64,000 nucleotides of DNA from a virus (taxonomy: Duplodnaviria; Caudoviricetes). The notes under the pieces were generated by a model. That model searched no databases. It saw only the letters and a list, made by a program, of their open reading frames with translations, and was not told the DNA's origin. Position 1 is the first letter of the stretch. Each line of letters opens with the position of its first letter. This document shows positions 9,153 through 19,667 of this stretch, piece by piece. A program made the position numbers and the translations under genes. The stretch spans positions 1 to 64,000 of IMG/VR virus record IMGVR_UViG_3300033121_001921. One strand, 5' to 3'.

Positions 9153-9832
9153 TATAGGGGAAATATTTCTAATTTTCCATACACGTTAGAATTTGGTAAT
9201 CGAATATCAACATCAAAACCAAGATTTTCCATCTTTCTAACTAGAATTGCCAATTCTGAATAGAAATCTACTTTATTGTGTATGCTATTAAATGTAAATT
9301 TATAATAGTTGTCGCTAAATCTTAAATTCGGACCATCCACAGTATCTGAAATATCTTGCAATATTTCTTCTAAGTATTCCATTGATAGATCATCAAATGC
9401 TGACGACTTCATTATAGATGTTATTGCAGCTTTTTCTACCTTATCTCCTTTAAGATAGTAAATATTTCTTTTGGCCGGTCCATCTTCTCTATGCACTTCT
9501 CCGTTTTTGTTGTAGTAGATTCTTCCACCATCGCCGTGTCTAGTTTGATCTGGAACAGAGAACGGTCCAGTTGCCAATTTAAAGAATCTTAGATATTTTT
9601 TGATATGAGAGAATGATGTAGTATCAGATTTTTCAGTTTGTAAATTCTCTATATGAACAGAATCATCTTTATCCATAATTCCCCATTTATAAATTTTAAA
9701 AGCTTCTCCTACAGAATAGTTAAAGTTATTGTTATTTGTATTTTTCACACATATATACACTGATTGGAGTGGTAGAGATTTATAAGTCACTGTTTTTGCC
9801 TCATTAAATGATGTAAGATGTTTGAGTGGCAT
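9152..9832 (-). CDS. hypothetical protein, N-terminal motif family
   Basis: 226 aa; MPLKHLTSFNEA; contains one HREDGPA motif. Confidence 0.7.
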   Translation of the reverse strand: MPLKHLTSFNEAKTVTYKSLPLQSVYICVKNTNNNNFNYSVGEAFKIYKWGIMDKDDSVHIENLQTEKSDTTSFSHIKKYLRFFKLATGPFSVPDQTRHGDGGRIYYNKNGEVHREDGPAKRNIYYLKGDKVEKAAITSIMKSSAFDDLSMEYLEEILQDISDTVDGPNLRFSDNYYKFTFNSIHNKVDFYSELAILVRKMENLGFDVDIRLPNSNVYGKLEIFPL

Positions 9833-9835
9833 ATA

Positions 9836-11650
9836 TTATATATCAATTAGCTTTTCAAACTTTATTTTGCCACAATCAAATATCCGATGATATCCTAAAT
9901 CTTTCATATATGATGATTCGGTCTTATCTGTCTTTAGATTTGATTTTCTAAATCTTGATTTATGGACTCTCTTATTACCAACAATGTATTTATAGTCTGG
10001 TCTAGATTCTGATATTTTAGAAAACCCCATTGATTCATATACACCACCAACTGACCAATCTTTATCAGAATAGCTAATTATTCTAGTTGGGTTGTATTTA
10101 TCAATGAAAAATTTCAATAGTTTTGAAGCACCTCCAATAACATTTGTATTCAATTTATTACAAAATCTTGATAGATTCCATTCATTAGATGACATCTTCT
10201 TTCTGCCCTCAGAATGATCGAGTGTCATTATACCAATCAACTCTCCACGAAGATACAATCCTAATTTTACAATTGAATTTATACTTCCTTGTATATGATT
10301 TGTGTCTAGGAAATCCTTCACAATTGATACATCTGATATTTCAGATATTTCACAGTTCCTAGCTCCGATTTTTATTTCGTTTAACCCTATCCAATTTCTA
10401 ATTTGGCTCTTCAAGATTTCATTTTTAAACATCCAATCATCTTCCCAAATATGAATTATTCTAATTCCCCTGTCTTTAAAATAGTTTGTTTTGTCTAGAT
10501 GATAATTTCTATCTTTTATATCGTCAGAATGCCAATAAAGACCGTTAAATTCAAATCCTAATTTCAATTCGGGTAAATATATGTCGATTTCTTTTCTTTC
10601 ATCTTTATATGATTGTATAATTTCCCCCTTGTAAATACTTTGAATAAATTCGAACACTTCTTTTTCCTTTATGGAAACTGAATCTCCAATCGGATTGCAT
10701 ATTGTGCAGATTGGGATTAATGATCTTGTTCTATTATAATAATCAGATAAGCTAATATGAAATTGATGATTCTTATTCAAATCACATTGAAACTCAGATA
10801 TATTATTACCAATGTATTTTATGTAGTTAATATCTTGTGATATTTTGAAATTCTCTTTTCTAAAAGATTCTGATGATTGGTGAGATTCATTTCCGTATTT
10901 TTCAAGATTTGTTATTCTTGATTGTTCTCTAAACTCAGGAGTCATCATATAACTTGGAACGCCATATCTATCCAAATTAGTATTGATGGCTTTTTGCTTA
11001 ATCTCCGCATTTTGCATAGCATTCTCTACACCATATCTAGATAAGATGGTGGATTTGGACTTGGACTTAAATTCTTCTGTATTTAGATATGATTCATTAC
11101 CATATTTTTCAAGATTCGTTTCTTTAACTTTGGATCTTACAGAGTCTAACTTAGAAACATTATCAACTCCGTATTTCGATAAATTAGTTTGCCTTTGTTT
11201 TTCTTTTATGGTGCCTAATTTCAAGTGATGAGTCTCTCCATATTTTTTAAGACAGGTTGATTTTATCTTCTCCTTTACCGAATCTAGTTTCATGGGATGA
11301 TCAACTCCATATTTGTTCTTTATAGTTTCCTTTATTTTCTTCTTAACTTCTTCTGATTCGAATGGATTCTTAACTCCATATTTTGACATACATATGTCTT
11401 CCATTTTGAATTTCCAACATTTTGAACATGAATATTTGTCCATTTTAACATATTCTCTGTATTCCACTTTTGAAACATTTATTCTACAATAGTCACAGAG
11501 AACATCAACTTTCAATTTGGTCCCTTTTGGTAGATAGTTGGTTGGAATTGTGATTTCTTCTCCAATTTCTAATGATTTATTGAGAATTTTAGAATAATGA
11601 GCTTTATTTTTAGAAGCTATTTTAAGAGTTATTTCATTTGTGAGTATCAT
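9836..11650 (-). CDS. putative free-standing homing endonuclease (KYG repeats + Hef-like PD-(D/E)XK/Vsr-type domain)
   Basis: CxxC zinc motifs, many (K/R)YG-x-x-N repeats, then EIDIYLPELKLGFEFNGLYWH...IHIWEDDW...RFCNK...DCG. Confidence 0.8.
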   Translation of the reverse strand: MILTNEITLKIASKNKAHYSKILNKSLEIGEEITIPTNYLPKGTKLKVDVLCDYCRINVSKVEYREYVKMDKYSCSKCWKFKMEDICMSKYGVKNPFESEEVKKKIKETIKNKYGVDHPMKLDSVKEKIKSTCLKKYGETHHLKLGTIKEKQRQTNLSKYGVDNVSKLDSVRSKVKETNLEKYGNESYLNTEEFKSKSKSTILSRYGVENAMQNAEIKQKAINTNLDRYGVPSYMMTPEFREQSRITNLEKYGNESHQSSESFRKENFKISQDINYIKYIGNNISEFQCDLNKNHQFHISLSDYYNRTRSLIPICTICNPIGDSVSIKEKEVFEFIQSIYKGEIIQSYKDERKEIDIYLPELKLGFEFNGLYWHSDDIKDRNYHLDKTNYFKDRGIRIIHIWEDDWMFKNEILKSQIRNWIGLNEIKIGARNCEISEISDVSIVKDFLDTNHIQGSINSIVKLGLYLRGELIGIMTLDHSEGRKKMSSNEWNLSRFCNKLNTNVIGGASKLLKFFIDKYNPTRIISYSDKDWSVGGVYESMGFSKISESRPDYKYIVGNKRVHKSRFRKSNLKTDKTESSYMKDLGYHRIFDCGKIKFEKLIDI

Positions 11651-11692
11651 AATACTCTATATATTATAATTCAAATGTCCCTTTATACCCCA

Positions 11693-11730
11693 TAAAAGAA
11701 AACATCCCCAATCGGGGATGTTTTCTTTTA
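11693..11730. terminator. intrinsic terminator hairpin after the VWA gene
   Basis: perfect 17-bp inverted repeat taaaagaaaacatcccc-aatc-ggggatgttttctttta. Confidence 0.8.
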
Positions 11731-11742
11731 TTTTATCTGTGT

Positions 11743-13320
11743 TTAGTCGTTATTTTCAAGGACTATTTGCTTGATCTTACCATTGTCTTTTGCAATTGGT
11801 AATTTAGTTCCTACTGAGATTACCAAGACTTTTCCTTTAACTCTTGAAAAATCAAGATTATCTGTATAGCCATCAGAAAGTACAACAGTATTAAACTCAT
11901 TAAAATGCTCAACAACATAGTTAACACTAGGCTGGAGGATAGTACCTCCAAGCCCAGAAATTTTCATGGATTCAAGCTTTTTCTTTGATTTAAAGTTCTC
12001 TACCCATTTTACCTCTGTATCTCCCTGAATCATATTGATTTCTATATCATTTCTGTATACGTATGATAGAACTCTTTCAAATGTTCCTTGTCCACCCATT
12101 GAACCTGAGGTGTCGAGTATGACATTTACCTTGCTCTTAATCTTTCGATTACCTTTAAGTCCAGGAATTTGTCTACGATTTGGTCGAACAATAGTCTTTG
12201 TTTTAACATGTCCAAAGATCATATTAGACACACTACGTTTGATTTCTTTCAAGTAATCCTTGCGCTTCTTACGAAGTTTGTTAAGAGTTGTTTCTATGTT
12301 TCCGGAAGTTAGTCCACGAGATTGTAGACGATCCATAACATCACGAACCATTGAATCCCTCATTTCTTCAGGAATATCATCATTGATGTGATGGTCAAGA
12401 TATTCACCTTGATTGTTCTCCATATCATCAAAGATTTGATTCACAGACCATGTATCAATAGAATCACCATCTTTAGATGGATTCTTTCCATAAGGACCAT
12501 ATGAAGGCTTACCAGATGAATCCTTATCATTCTTACCAGTTCCATTGCAATCCGGACAATCGCATTCCTGCGAAGCATTCGGATCATGTTCGTGTTCTCC
12601 ACTGCCATTTCCTTTTCCTTCACCCTTTTGATCACCATTTCCTTTTCCCTCTCCGGGTTGGTTTCCACCTTCACCACTCTCTCCCTTTTCACCCCCGTCT
12701 CCGGATTGATCACCCTTATCACCCTTAGACCCTCCACCTGGCTGATCACCAGATTGTCCTTTATCTGATTTTTGTTTGCCAGTTCCGCCGCAGGTTTGAC
12801 ATTTTGACTTGTCACCATTTGCTTTTTTCTCTTTGACCCATTGTTCTTTCTTCTCCTTCAACCACTCATATAATTCTTCGAAGATCAATTTCCCGGAATA
12901 TTCCTTTGGAACAAACAGAGCCATATTTTTGCCCTCTTTATCCTTTGGAATTTCTACGAAATTGTGATTAATATCTTCCCAAATAACGTGATTGATAATC
13001 ATGTCTTGAGCAATATTTGACATCTTATGATCATATTGACCAGTTACTGTTCTTCTAGGATGTGCGAATAATAGATGGAAATCTTCATGTAAAGTAATGA
13101 AATTAACCTCCCTTTGTGAGAGATTTTCCAAAAACTTAGGAGAATAGTAGAAATTCATCCCTTTGCTGGTCATATTTACTGCACAAGTTCCTATTGAGTC
13201 TTGCTCATGGAAATTGACATGAAGATTAAATTCACCATAATATGGTAAATTGACCTTCGTATCGATCAACATTGTTTGTATAGTGCTGAGCAGCTTTTCG
13301 TGAATATTCTTTACAATCAT
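11743..13320 (-). CDS. DUF2201-like HExxH metallopeptidase-VWA protein
   Basis: HEDFH and NIAQDMIIN N-terminal motifs; MIDAS-like DTSGSM, GGT and SDG at the C-terminus; Gly-rich linker. Confidence 0.85.
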   Translation of the reverse strand: MIVKNIHEKLLSTIQTMLIDTKVNLPYYGEFNLHVNFHEQDSIGTCAVNMTSKGMNFYYSPKFLENLSQREVNFITLHEDFHLLFAHPRRTVTGQYDHKMSNIAQDMIINHVIWEDINHNFVEIPKDKEGKNMALFVPKEYSGKLIFEELYEWLKEKKEQWVKEKKANGDKSKCQTCGGTGKQKSDKGQSGDQPGGGSKGDKGDQSGDGGEKGESGEGGNQPGEGKGNGDQKGEGKGNGSGEHEHDPNASQECDCPDCNGTGKNDKDSSGKPSYGPYGKNPSKDGDSIDTWSVNQIFDDMENNQGEYLDHHINDDIPEEMRDSMVRDVMDRLQSRGLTSGNIETTLNKLRKKRKDYLKEIKRSVSNMIFGHVKTKTIVRPNRRQIPGLKGNRKIKSKVNVILDTSGSMGGQGTFERVLSYVYRNDIEINMIQGDTEVKWVENFKSKKKLESMKISGLGGTILQPSVNYVVEHFNEFNTVVLSDGYTDNLDFSRVKGKVLVISVGTKLPIAKDNGKIKQIVLENND

Positions 13321-13419
13321 TATGTTTTATATATCTTTTTTCAAATATAGTTCAAATTTTGAAATCTTCCAATAGAGGGAGAGTTTACATTTTTATATAT
13401 AGATAAACAAATATATGAA

Positions 13420-15231
13420 ATGATATTGGATAAAAAAGCAAAAATTAAAATAACTAGAAAGAACATTGATCACTATTCTAGATTTTTCATTAATTTAAAA
13501 TTAAAAGATATTATTGAAATAGATATTGAGGAACATTTGATGAAATCAAGTAATCTAAAAATAAATGTTCAGTGTGATGTGTGTAGTATAAAGAGAATCA
13601 TAAAATACCAAGCCTATAATAAGAATATTAGCTCTTGTCAGGATCATCCTATATACACATGTGATAAATGTTCCCATATAAAACTAAAATCAACCAATCA
13701 GAAAAAATATGGCACTGATTATTTTTCACAAACGAATCTATTTGAATCAAAATTCAAATCCTCAATGAGGAAAAAATATGGAGTGGAATACGCTCTTCAG
13801 AGCAAAGAATTAAGGGAGAAAGCTAAACAAACAAATTTGAATAAATACGGAGTAGAAAATCCCTTTCAATCTGAAGAGATTAAAGAAAAAATAAAGAATA
13901 CAATTATTGATAAATATGGATATTCTCATATCCAATCTGTTCCGGAAATAAAAGATAAGATAAAAAAGACCAATTTGAGTAGACATGGGGTAGAATACCC
14001 AATGCAATCGAAGGAAATAAGAATGAAATCTGCTAAGACTAATATGTATAAATTTGGAAATTCAATTTTTTCAAAGACAAAAGAGTATATTGATATTGCT
14101 AAAAAAACAAATTTAGAAAAATGGGGACATGAATGGACTCTACAATCTCCTGAAATAAGGAGTCTCATATCTAAAACGAATTTAGAGAAATATGGAGTTG
14201 ATAATCCAATGAAATCTGAAGAAATAAGAAGGGATATGATTATTTCAAATGACCCACAGTATGTAAGATATATCGGTGAAAGTATTTCTCTATTTGATTG
14301 TCAAATGGGACACGAATTTGAAATAGATATAGACCTATATCATAGTAGAAGTGGAAATGGTACTCCGCTATGCACAGTCTGTAATCCAATTGGAGATAGT
14401 CGGTCCATAAAAGAAAACGATCTATTTGAATTCATTAAATCTATATACCAAGGAGAAATTATTCAATCATATAAGGATGGATTGGAAATTGATATCTATC
14501 TGCCTATCCTAAACCTTGGATTCGAATTTAATGGACTTTATTGGCATTCAGAAGAATTTAGACCTAGAAGATATCATATAGACAAAACAAATTATTTCGA
14601 GAAAAAAGGAATTAGAATAATTCACATTTGGGAAGATGATTGGACATATAGAGGTGAGATAATTAAGAGTCAAATTAGAAATTGGATAGGTGATGTTAAA
14701 GAAAGAATCTTTGCAAGAAAGTGCAAAATTAGGGAAGTCAGCTCAGATATTTCTAAAGAATTTCTTGATTTAAATCATGTCCAGGGATCATGTAATTCTA
14801 TTAAGCAATTAGGATTGTACTTTAATGATGAGTTAGTCAGTATAATGACCTTCGATCATTCTGAGGGCAGAAAGAAAATGCCTATAAATGATTGGAATTT
14901 ATCTAGATTCTGCAATAAGTTAAATACAAGTATTATTGGAGGAGCCTCAAAGCTATTCCAATTCTTCATCAGGAACTATTCTCCATTAAGAGTTATTAGC
15001 TACGCAGATAGAAATTGGAGCAATGGAAATTTATATTTCAAATTAGGATTTAGTCATATTTCTAATTCCAAAGAAGACTATAAATATGTTGTTGAAAATA
15101 GAAGAATTCATAAATCAAGATTCAGAAAATCTAAATTGGACACTAACTTGTCCGAATCAGAATACATGAGATTGAATAGTATTCCGAAGATATGGGATTG
15201 TGGGAAGATGAAATTCGAGTTAAAAAATTGA
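13420..15231 (+). CDS. putative free-standing homing endonuclease (KYG repeats + Hef-like domain), paralog of 9836..11650
   Basis: same architecture; C-terminal half closely similar (CNPIGDS.SIKE...GFEFNGLYWHS...WDCGKMKFE). Confidence 0.8.
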   Translation: MILDKKAKIKITRKNIDHYSRFFINLKLKDIIEIDIEEHLMKSSNLKINVQCDVCSIKRIIKYQAYNKNISSCQDHPIYTCDKCSHIKLKSTNQKKYGTDYFSQTNLFESKFKSSMRKKYGVEYALQSKELREKAKQTNLNKYGVENPFQSEEIKEKIKNTIIDKYGYSHIQSVPEIKDKIKKTNLSRHGVEYPMQSKEIRMKSAKTNMYKFGNSIFSKTKEYIDIAKKTNLEKWGHEWTLQSPEIRSLISKTNLEKYGVDNPMKSEEIRRDMIISNDPQYVRYIGESISLFDCQMGHEFEIDIDLYHSRSGNGTPLCTVCNPIGDSRSIKENDLFEFIKSIYQGEIIQSYKDGLEIDIYLPILNLGFEFNGLYWHSEEFRPRRYHIDKTNYFEKKGIRIIHIWEDDWTYRGEIIKSQIRNWIGDVKERIFARKCKIREVSSDISKEFLDLNHVQGSCNSIKQLGLYFNDELVSIMTFDHSEGRKKMPINDWNLSRFCNKLNTSIIGGASKLFQFFIRNYSPLRVISYADRNWSNGNLYFKLGFSHISNSKEDYKYVVENRRIHKSRFRKSKLDTNLSESEYMRLNSIPKIWDCGKMKFELKN

Positions 15232-15259
15232 TGAATAAATTCCATTTTTTATTCATCAA
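15228..15259. terminator. hairpin, probable terminator
   Basis: 12-bp inverted repeat ttgatgaataaa ... tttattcatcaa at the gene end. Confidence 0.55.
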
Positions 15260-15313
15260 AAAAAGAACAGGGAGAAATGATTATTTTATACATAATAAAA
15301 AATCATAATAAAA

Positions 15314-16951
15314 ATGGGATTAAGAATCATTGATACTGCCGCTAAATATGGCATCAATTGGCTAGATGGTAATAAACGTGTCAAAGAAAAATTCTCTACT
15401 GCGGCTGCTGCAAAATCAGCCCTTACTTGGGCTTGGCAACGATGGAGTAACGACGGCATGACTGAACAAATCTTCATGGATACTTATTTAGGATGTGCTG
15501 TTGCTCAAGACATTGCTTGGACAGAGGAAGCCCCTAATAATCTTATAAGTGGGTATTTAAATGCGTATAATTTTGCTGATTGGACAAAAGCTGTTGGTAA
15601 ATGGAAAATGAATCGAACCGTGCAAATACCACGTGGTGGTATGGAGGGGTCTTCTTCATTTTGGTATGCTGGACAAGGTAGTGATCATGGCATGGCAGCT
15701 ACAGAATTCGTCATGGATGACTCTGATTGGTGGCCACTTAATAAAGTTGAAAGGCGAGTGTTTGAGACTCCAAATAGCTCATTAGCAGGAACAAACAATT
15801 TGTCGTACAATGAGAGTTTCCGAATTGAGCGTATACTTCTATCAGGCCCAGGAAAATTTGGAGATGGAATAAACCGAATGGGTATCTTTCTGAGACGAGG
15901 AGGTGAATGCACATGGGTTAATCAGGTTCGATCAAATGATTTCCAGAGAGGCATTGTGATATTTGGCGGTGTCCCTTTAACATGTGGAACATTAACAACT
16001 TTCGGAAATGAGTTCCAGGGCCTGTTATTTGCCGGATCAGCATTATCAACCCTTAATATTCAAACACTCAGTGGTGATGACAATGCGGAACTAATAGGCT
16101 TAAGATATGCATATGACAGTAATCCTGGTGGGCGTGTTAATATCGGATTATTGAAATCAGAGGGTGGAATTACATCTGGCCACACATTCAGAAACCAAAT
16201 AGCTGGCAGATTCGATGGTCAATATGTTGTAAATATTGGTATGGTGTCATTTGCTAATAAGGCTCCATCTGTACCTGAAGCAATGTTTGTTATTGATCCA
16301 AGACTACCGGATGGTTCCCCACAAAGATCTCTACTCAATGTGGGTGGATGTATTGGATATGGTTATTCGAAGTTGTTAATCAACAAATACACAGGAAAAT
16401 CTTGGAGCAGCAGTGGTGACTATTCAGGTGTTGAATTTAAACACTATGCCTCGGGAGATAAGTTAATTACTGGAGCTAATGGAGTCATCGATTCAAATGG
16501 GTCTTCTACCGAACCAAATAATCCTACAAATCCAACTGATCCAAATAATCCTACAAATCCTACAAATCCTACAGGTAATTTGACATTCGTTCCTTTTGCA
16601 ACCGGAACGGAAGCTGGCATTTTGCGTGAAGCCAAATATGCTGTTGACGGTAACCAATCAACATTTTGGATATCAGGAAAAAGCATGTCTAATGGACAAT
16701 CAGTGGAGGTTTCATTCACTTCCCAATCAGTTACTGGTGTTGCATTCTCAAGTGGATCATATACAAACAGCTATCCACGCACATACACAGTGGATTACTG
16801 GACAGGTAGTGCATGGGTCAAGCTAGGGAATTATACTGGCGCAGTTAATAGTTCCGCAACATGGGCAGCAAAAACAACCACGAAATTGCGTATTACTTGT
16901 AATACTGTAAACGGAAACTGGTGGGCAATATCTGAATTAACATTGAAATAA
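15314..16951 (+). CDS. probable virion/receptor-binding or carbohydrate-interacting protein with C-terminal discoidin (F5/8 type C) domain
   Basis: Gly-rich beta-structured N-terminal region, PTNP linker, then AVDGNQSTFW...YPRTY...WWAISEL discoidin motifs. Confidence 0.65.
   Translation: MGLRIIDTAAKYGINWLDGNKRVKEKFSTAAAAKSALTWAWQRWSNDGMTEQIFMDTYLGCAVAQDIAWTEEAPNNLISGYLNAYNFADWTKAVGKWKMNRTVQIPRGGMEGSSSFWYAGQGSDHGMAATEFVMDDSDWWPLNKVERRVFETPNSSLAGTNNLSYNESFRIERILLSGPGKFGDGINRMGIFLRRGGECTWVNQVRSNDFQRGIVIFGGVPLTCGTLTTFGNEFQGLLFAGSALSTLNIQTLSGDDNAELIGLRYAYDSNPGGRVNIGLLKSEGGITSGHTFRNQIAGRFDGQYVVNIGMVSFANKAPSVPEAMFVIDPRLPDGSPQRSLLNVGGCIGYGYSKLLINKYTGKSWSSSGDYSGVEFKHYASGDKLITGANGVIDSNGSSTEPNNPTNPTDPNNPTNPTNPTGNLTFVPFATGTEAGILREAKYAVDGNQSTFWISGKSMSNGQSVEVSFTSQSVTGVAFSSGSYTNSYPRTYTVDYWTGSAWVKLGNYTGAVNSSATWAAKTTTKLRITCNTVNGNWWAISELTLK
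16514..16573 (+). repeat. coding tandem repeat (Pro-Thr-Asn linker)
   Basis: repeated aatcctaca units encoding PNNPTNPTDPNNPTNPTNPT. Confidence 0.85.
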
Positions 16952-16953
16952 TA

Positions 16954-19134
16954 TTAATTTTCGATTTTAACGATTTTTATATCTCTGAGAATGTCCTTTG
17001 GTAGAGAAAGATCTCTATTCAATTTGTAGTATGGAAATCCACTCGAAATATTTATAGCCACATCATAAATTCCATCTCTTCCTACGATAAAGTCTCCGAT
17101 ATCTATATTAGATATTAGATTTCCATCGTCTGATATACCAGCTATTCCTATTTCTCCAATGAATCCGGGAATAACGATGCCAGAAATTAGATCCGATTCA
17201 CACCATTCATTAAATGTATCTTCTGGATCATTTTTAGATAGATCTAGAAATTTCTGATATTGATCAATTGTCATAACCGATCCAAACCCCATGGAATTTA
17301 CATTTTCTTTATCCTTACCATCAACATATAAACAGAATCGACATTCATCGTCATATATCATAAACTCAGCAACCGTATTAACTGGTTGTTCCATATCTTT
17401 TCCAAATCCCAAAAGAACAATATCTGTTGGATTGTCGAATGTGGCAAGTGTTTTGAACCCATCAGAAAGGGAATTTTCATCCTTTTTTGAATCAGCATTG
17501 TCTGTGTTATCTGTGACACTTTCTTGTCTCTCAATTGGCTTTTCAGGCTTGCTCACGGTGTAAGAATTAGATCCACACATTTTCTCGAATTCAGGAGATT
17601 GTTCGAATCCCATTCTAGTCATTTTAGACACTAATTGATGCCAATTTAGATCTCCTCGATACTCGTATTCATTTTCCGAAATCATATTGATGCTTGATTT
17701 TGCGGATGATCCTAGGCTAAAGACCTTTTTTAGGATATCCGCGGGTAGTTTAAAATCTTTCTTTTCTAGGTCATCTTTCATACCAACTTGTATATTGAAT
17801 ATTCCTTGTGTCAGGAATAAAAGGACTTTAGACCCATCAAGTTTTAGGAGTGGGGCTATTTTATCAACAACTTCTTTTGTTTTTTCATCAGGAACAATGT
17901 CAGACTTTTTTTCTTCTGAGACAAAGAATACCCATCCATTTGGATCGTCTCCAGGTGTCATAGTCTCCAGTCGTGTATTCAGAACTCCAAGATTTTCTTG
18001 GAATGTCTTCAATTTATTTTCTGCGGTCTTTAGTTCAAATTGAGTCTTATGAATTTCCTTCTCAGCCTTCTCAATTCTGTCCTTAAGCTCGATGATTTTT
18101 TCCTCATTCATTTTCCTAAAAGATTCTGCGAGATAGTTTTCTGCAACATTGGTAATTGTTTCTGTTACTTCTTCTGAAACATTCTCACTTCGAGGTGATT
18201 CAATATTTGAAACTTCATTATCAGAATCACCAAACAAGGAATCTAAAATGGAAAGAGCCTTATTTGATAATTTTGTATCAGATGGTTGGGATTTTTCTTC
18301 CTCTGAATCACCATTAATCATAGAAAAAAGTTTATCAATTGGCTTTTCGTGATCTACTTCAAGATAGCAAGTGGTATTATCTGCAATCTTGATTGTCTTC
18401 TTATCGGGATCTTGGTTTTTAACAACTTTAAAGCTAAGACCATGAACAATGAATTTTCCAGTATATCCTGTAACATCACGCTCACAAATATCATCAATTA
18501 GTCTTTGTACCATTTCAGTGGTTGTAAAATTGGTTCCAATTTCTATAAGATCGATTGTTCCATCGGGAAATAGTGTCATTTCAAATTTGACATTATCAAG
18601 CATTCCAGATAGCTGCTTTCCATCAATGGTTGCCTTATCTGATAAGAGTCGAACTCCACCTTTGAGTGCAGTAACAAATCCTAAAAATCTCTTATTGGGC
18701 CTAAAATCACCAGTTGTTTTTAGAATTGTTTCAATTTTATCTGATCTCTTGAATTCAGTGCCATCAAACACAGAATCAATGAGAGAGTCGTGAACACATC
18801 CTGAAAGGCAAATTTCCTCCAATAATTTTTCATTACTCATGGCATTATATTCCTTGATTCTTTCATCTTTATCTTCTTCATGCAAAGAAGATAACCACTC
18901 AATGGCATAGTCTCTAGAAAGGACAATCATAATTGGATCGACTTCTTTCCATCCATTCTTCCAATCATAGTAGTCCTTGTAATCAGACACGGATCCATCT
19001 ACCCACTCAAGAGTTAGAATATCATAGTCTTTTGGTGATTCATCGATGGCCTTCACCAATCCAATGGTATTATACTTTGGATCATCCTTATCCATAATTT
19101 TGGCATACATGCCGGTCCTGAATTCTCCCTTCAT
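16954..19134 (-). CDS. large acidic hypothetical protein with a coiled-coil segment
   Basis: 726 aa open frame; heptad-like IIELKDRIEKAEKEIHKTQFELK; RSDKIETIL and LRDIKIVKI motifs. Confidence 0.8.
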   Translation of the reverse strand: MKGEFRTGMYAKIMDKDDPKYNTIGLVKAIDESPKDYDILTLEWVDGSVSDYKDYYDWKNGWKEVDPIMIVLSRDYAIEWLSSLHEEDKDERIKEYNAMSNEKLLEEICLSGCVHDSLIDSVFDGTEFKRSDKIETILKTTGDFRPNKRFLGFVTALKGGVRLLSDKATIDGKQLSGMLDNVKFEMTLFPDGTIDLIEIGTNFTTTEMVQRLIDDICERDVTGYTGKFIVHGLSFKVVKNQDPDKKTIKIADNTTCYLEVDHEKPIDKLFSMINGDSEEEKSQPSDTKLSNKALSILDSLFGDSDNEVSNIESPRSENVSEEVTETITNVAENYLAESFRKMNEEKIIELKDRIEKAEKEIHKTQFELKTAENKLKTFQENLGVLNTRLETMTPGDDPNGWVFFVSEEKKSDIVPDEKTKEVVDKIAPLLKLDGSKVLLFLTQGIFNIQVGMKDDLEKKDFKLPADILKKVFSLGSSAKSSINMISENEYEYRGDLNWHQLVSKMTRMGFEQSPEFEKMCGSNSYTVSKPEKPIERQESVTDNTDNADSKKDENSLSDGFKTLATFDNPTDIVLLGFGKDMEQPVNTVAEFMIYDDECRFCLYVDGKDKENVNSMGFGSVMTIDQYQKFLDLSKNDPEDTFNEWCESDLISGIVIPGFIGEIGIAGISDDGNLISNIDIGDFIVGRDGIYDVAINISSGFPYYKLNRDLSLPKDILRDIKIVKIEN

Positions 19135-19370
19135 TATTTAGTTTTATTTTGATAAAAGTAAAAGTCTTTAACACACCAGCTGGATTTATTAGCTTTCTTT
19201 GATCCCAAACTGCAAAGTATTGTAAATTTCTTTGTTATGAGGCTCTCACAAACATACATATATTTTGTGAATCGATGATCATTAGATACCACTCGATAAA
19301 GTTTAAACAGTCCGGGCCTTTTCCTATTCTTAAATAGGCCAGCCACTCTTTTAAGTTTTTTTGTTCCCAT
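19134..19370 (-). CDS. small basic hypothetical protein
   Basis: 78 aa, tight spacing in the minus-strand run. Confidence 0.5.
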   Translation of the reverse strand: MGTKKLKRVAGLFKNRKRPGLFKLYRVVSNDHRFTKYMYVCESLITKKFTILCSLGSKKANKSSWCVKDFYFYQNKTK

Positions 19371-19371
19371 G

Positions 19372-19656
19372 TTAGAATCCTAGTTGTTCAAGTTGATATG
19401 CTCTGAATTCCTGTTTTCCGACAGCACCAATCTCAAATCCCCTGCGGAAAAAGATATCAAATAGATGCTCATGTCCCATTTCTTTTGCGGCCATGGCTCG
19501 ATTTATACATTTATGCTCGTCTGTAATTCTATCAGCCTGGATTTGAGCAAGCTTCATTTGGCGATCCTTGTCACCATTAGACTTAGTAATTATGTCCTCA
19601 ATGCGAGTGTAGTTTTTAGAAAACTCTCTTTTGGATTGTCCTTTATATTTTGGCAT
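19372..19656 (-). CDS. hypothetical protein
   Basis: 94 aa; TATATTTG box at 19668-19675. Confidence 0.7.
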   Translation of the reverse strand: MPKYKGQSKREFSKNYTRIEDIITKSNGDKDRQMKLAQIQADRITDEHKCINRAMAAKEMGHEHLFDIFFRRGFEIGAVGKQEFRAYQLEQLGF

Positions 19657-19667
19657 TTTGTGAAATA

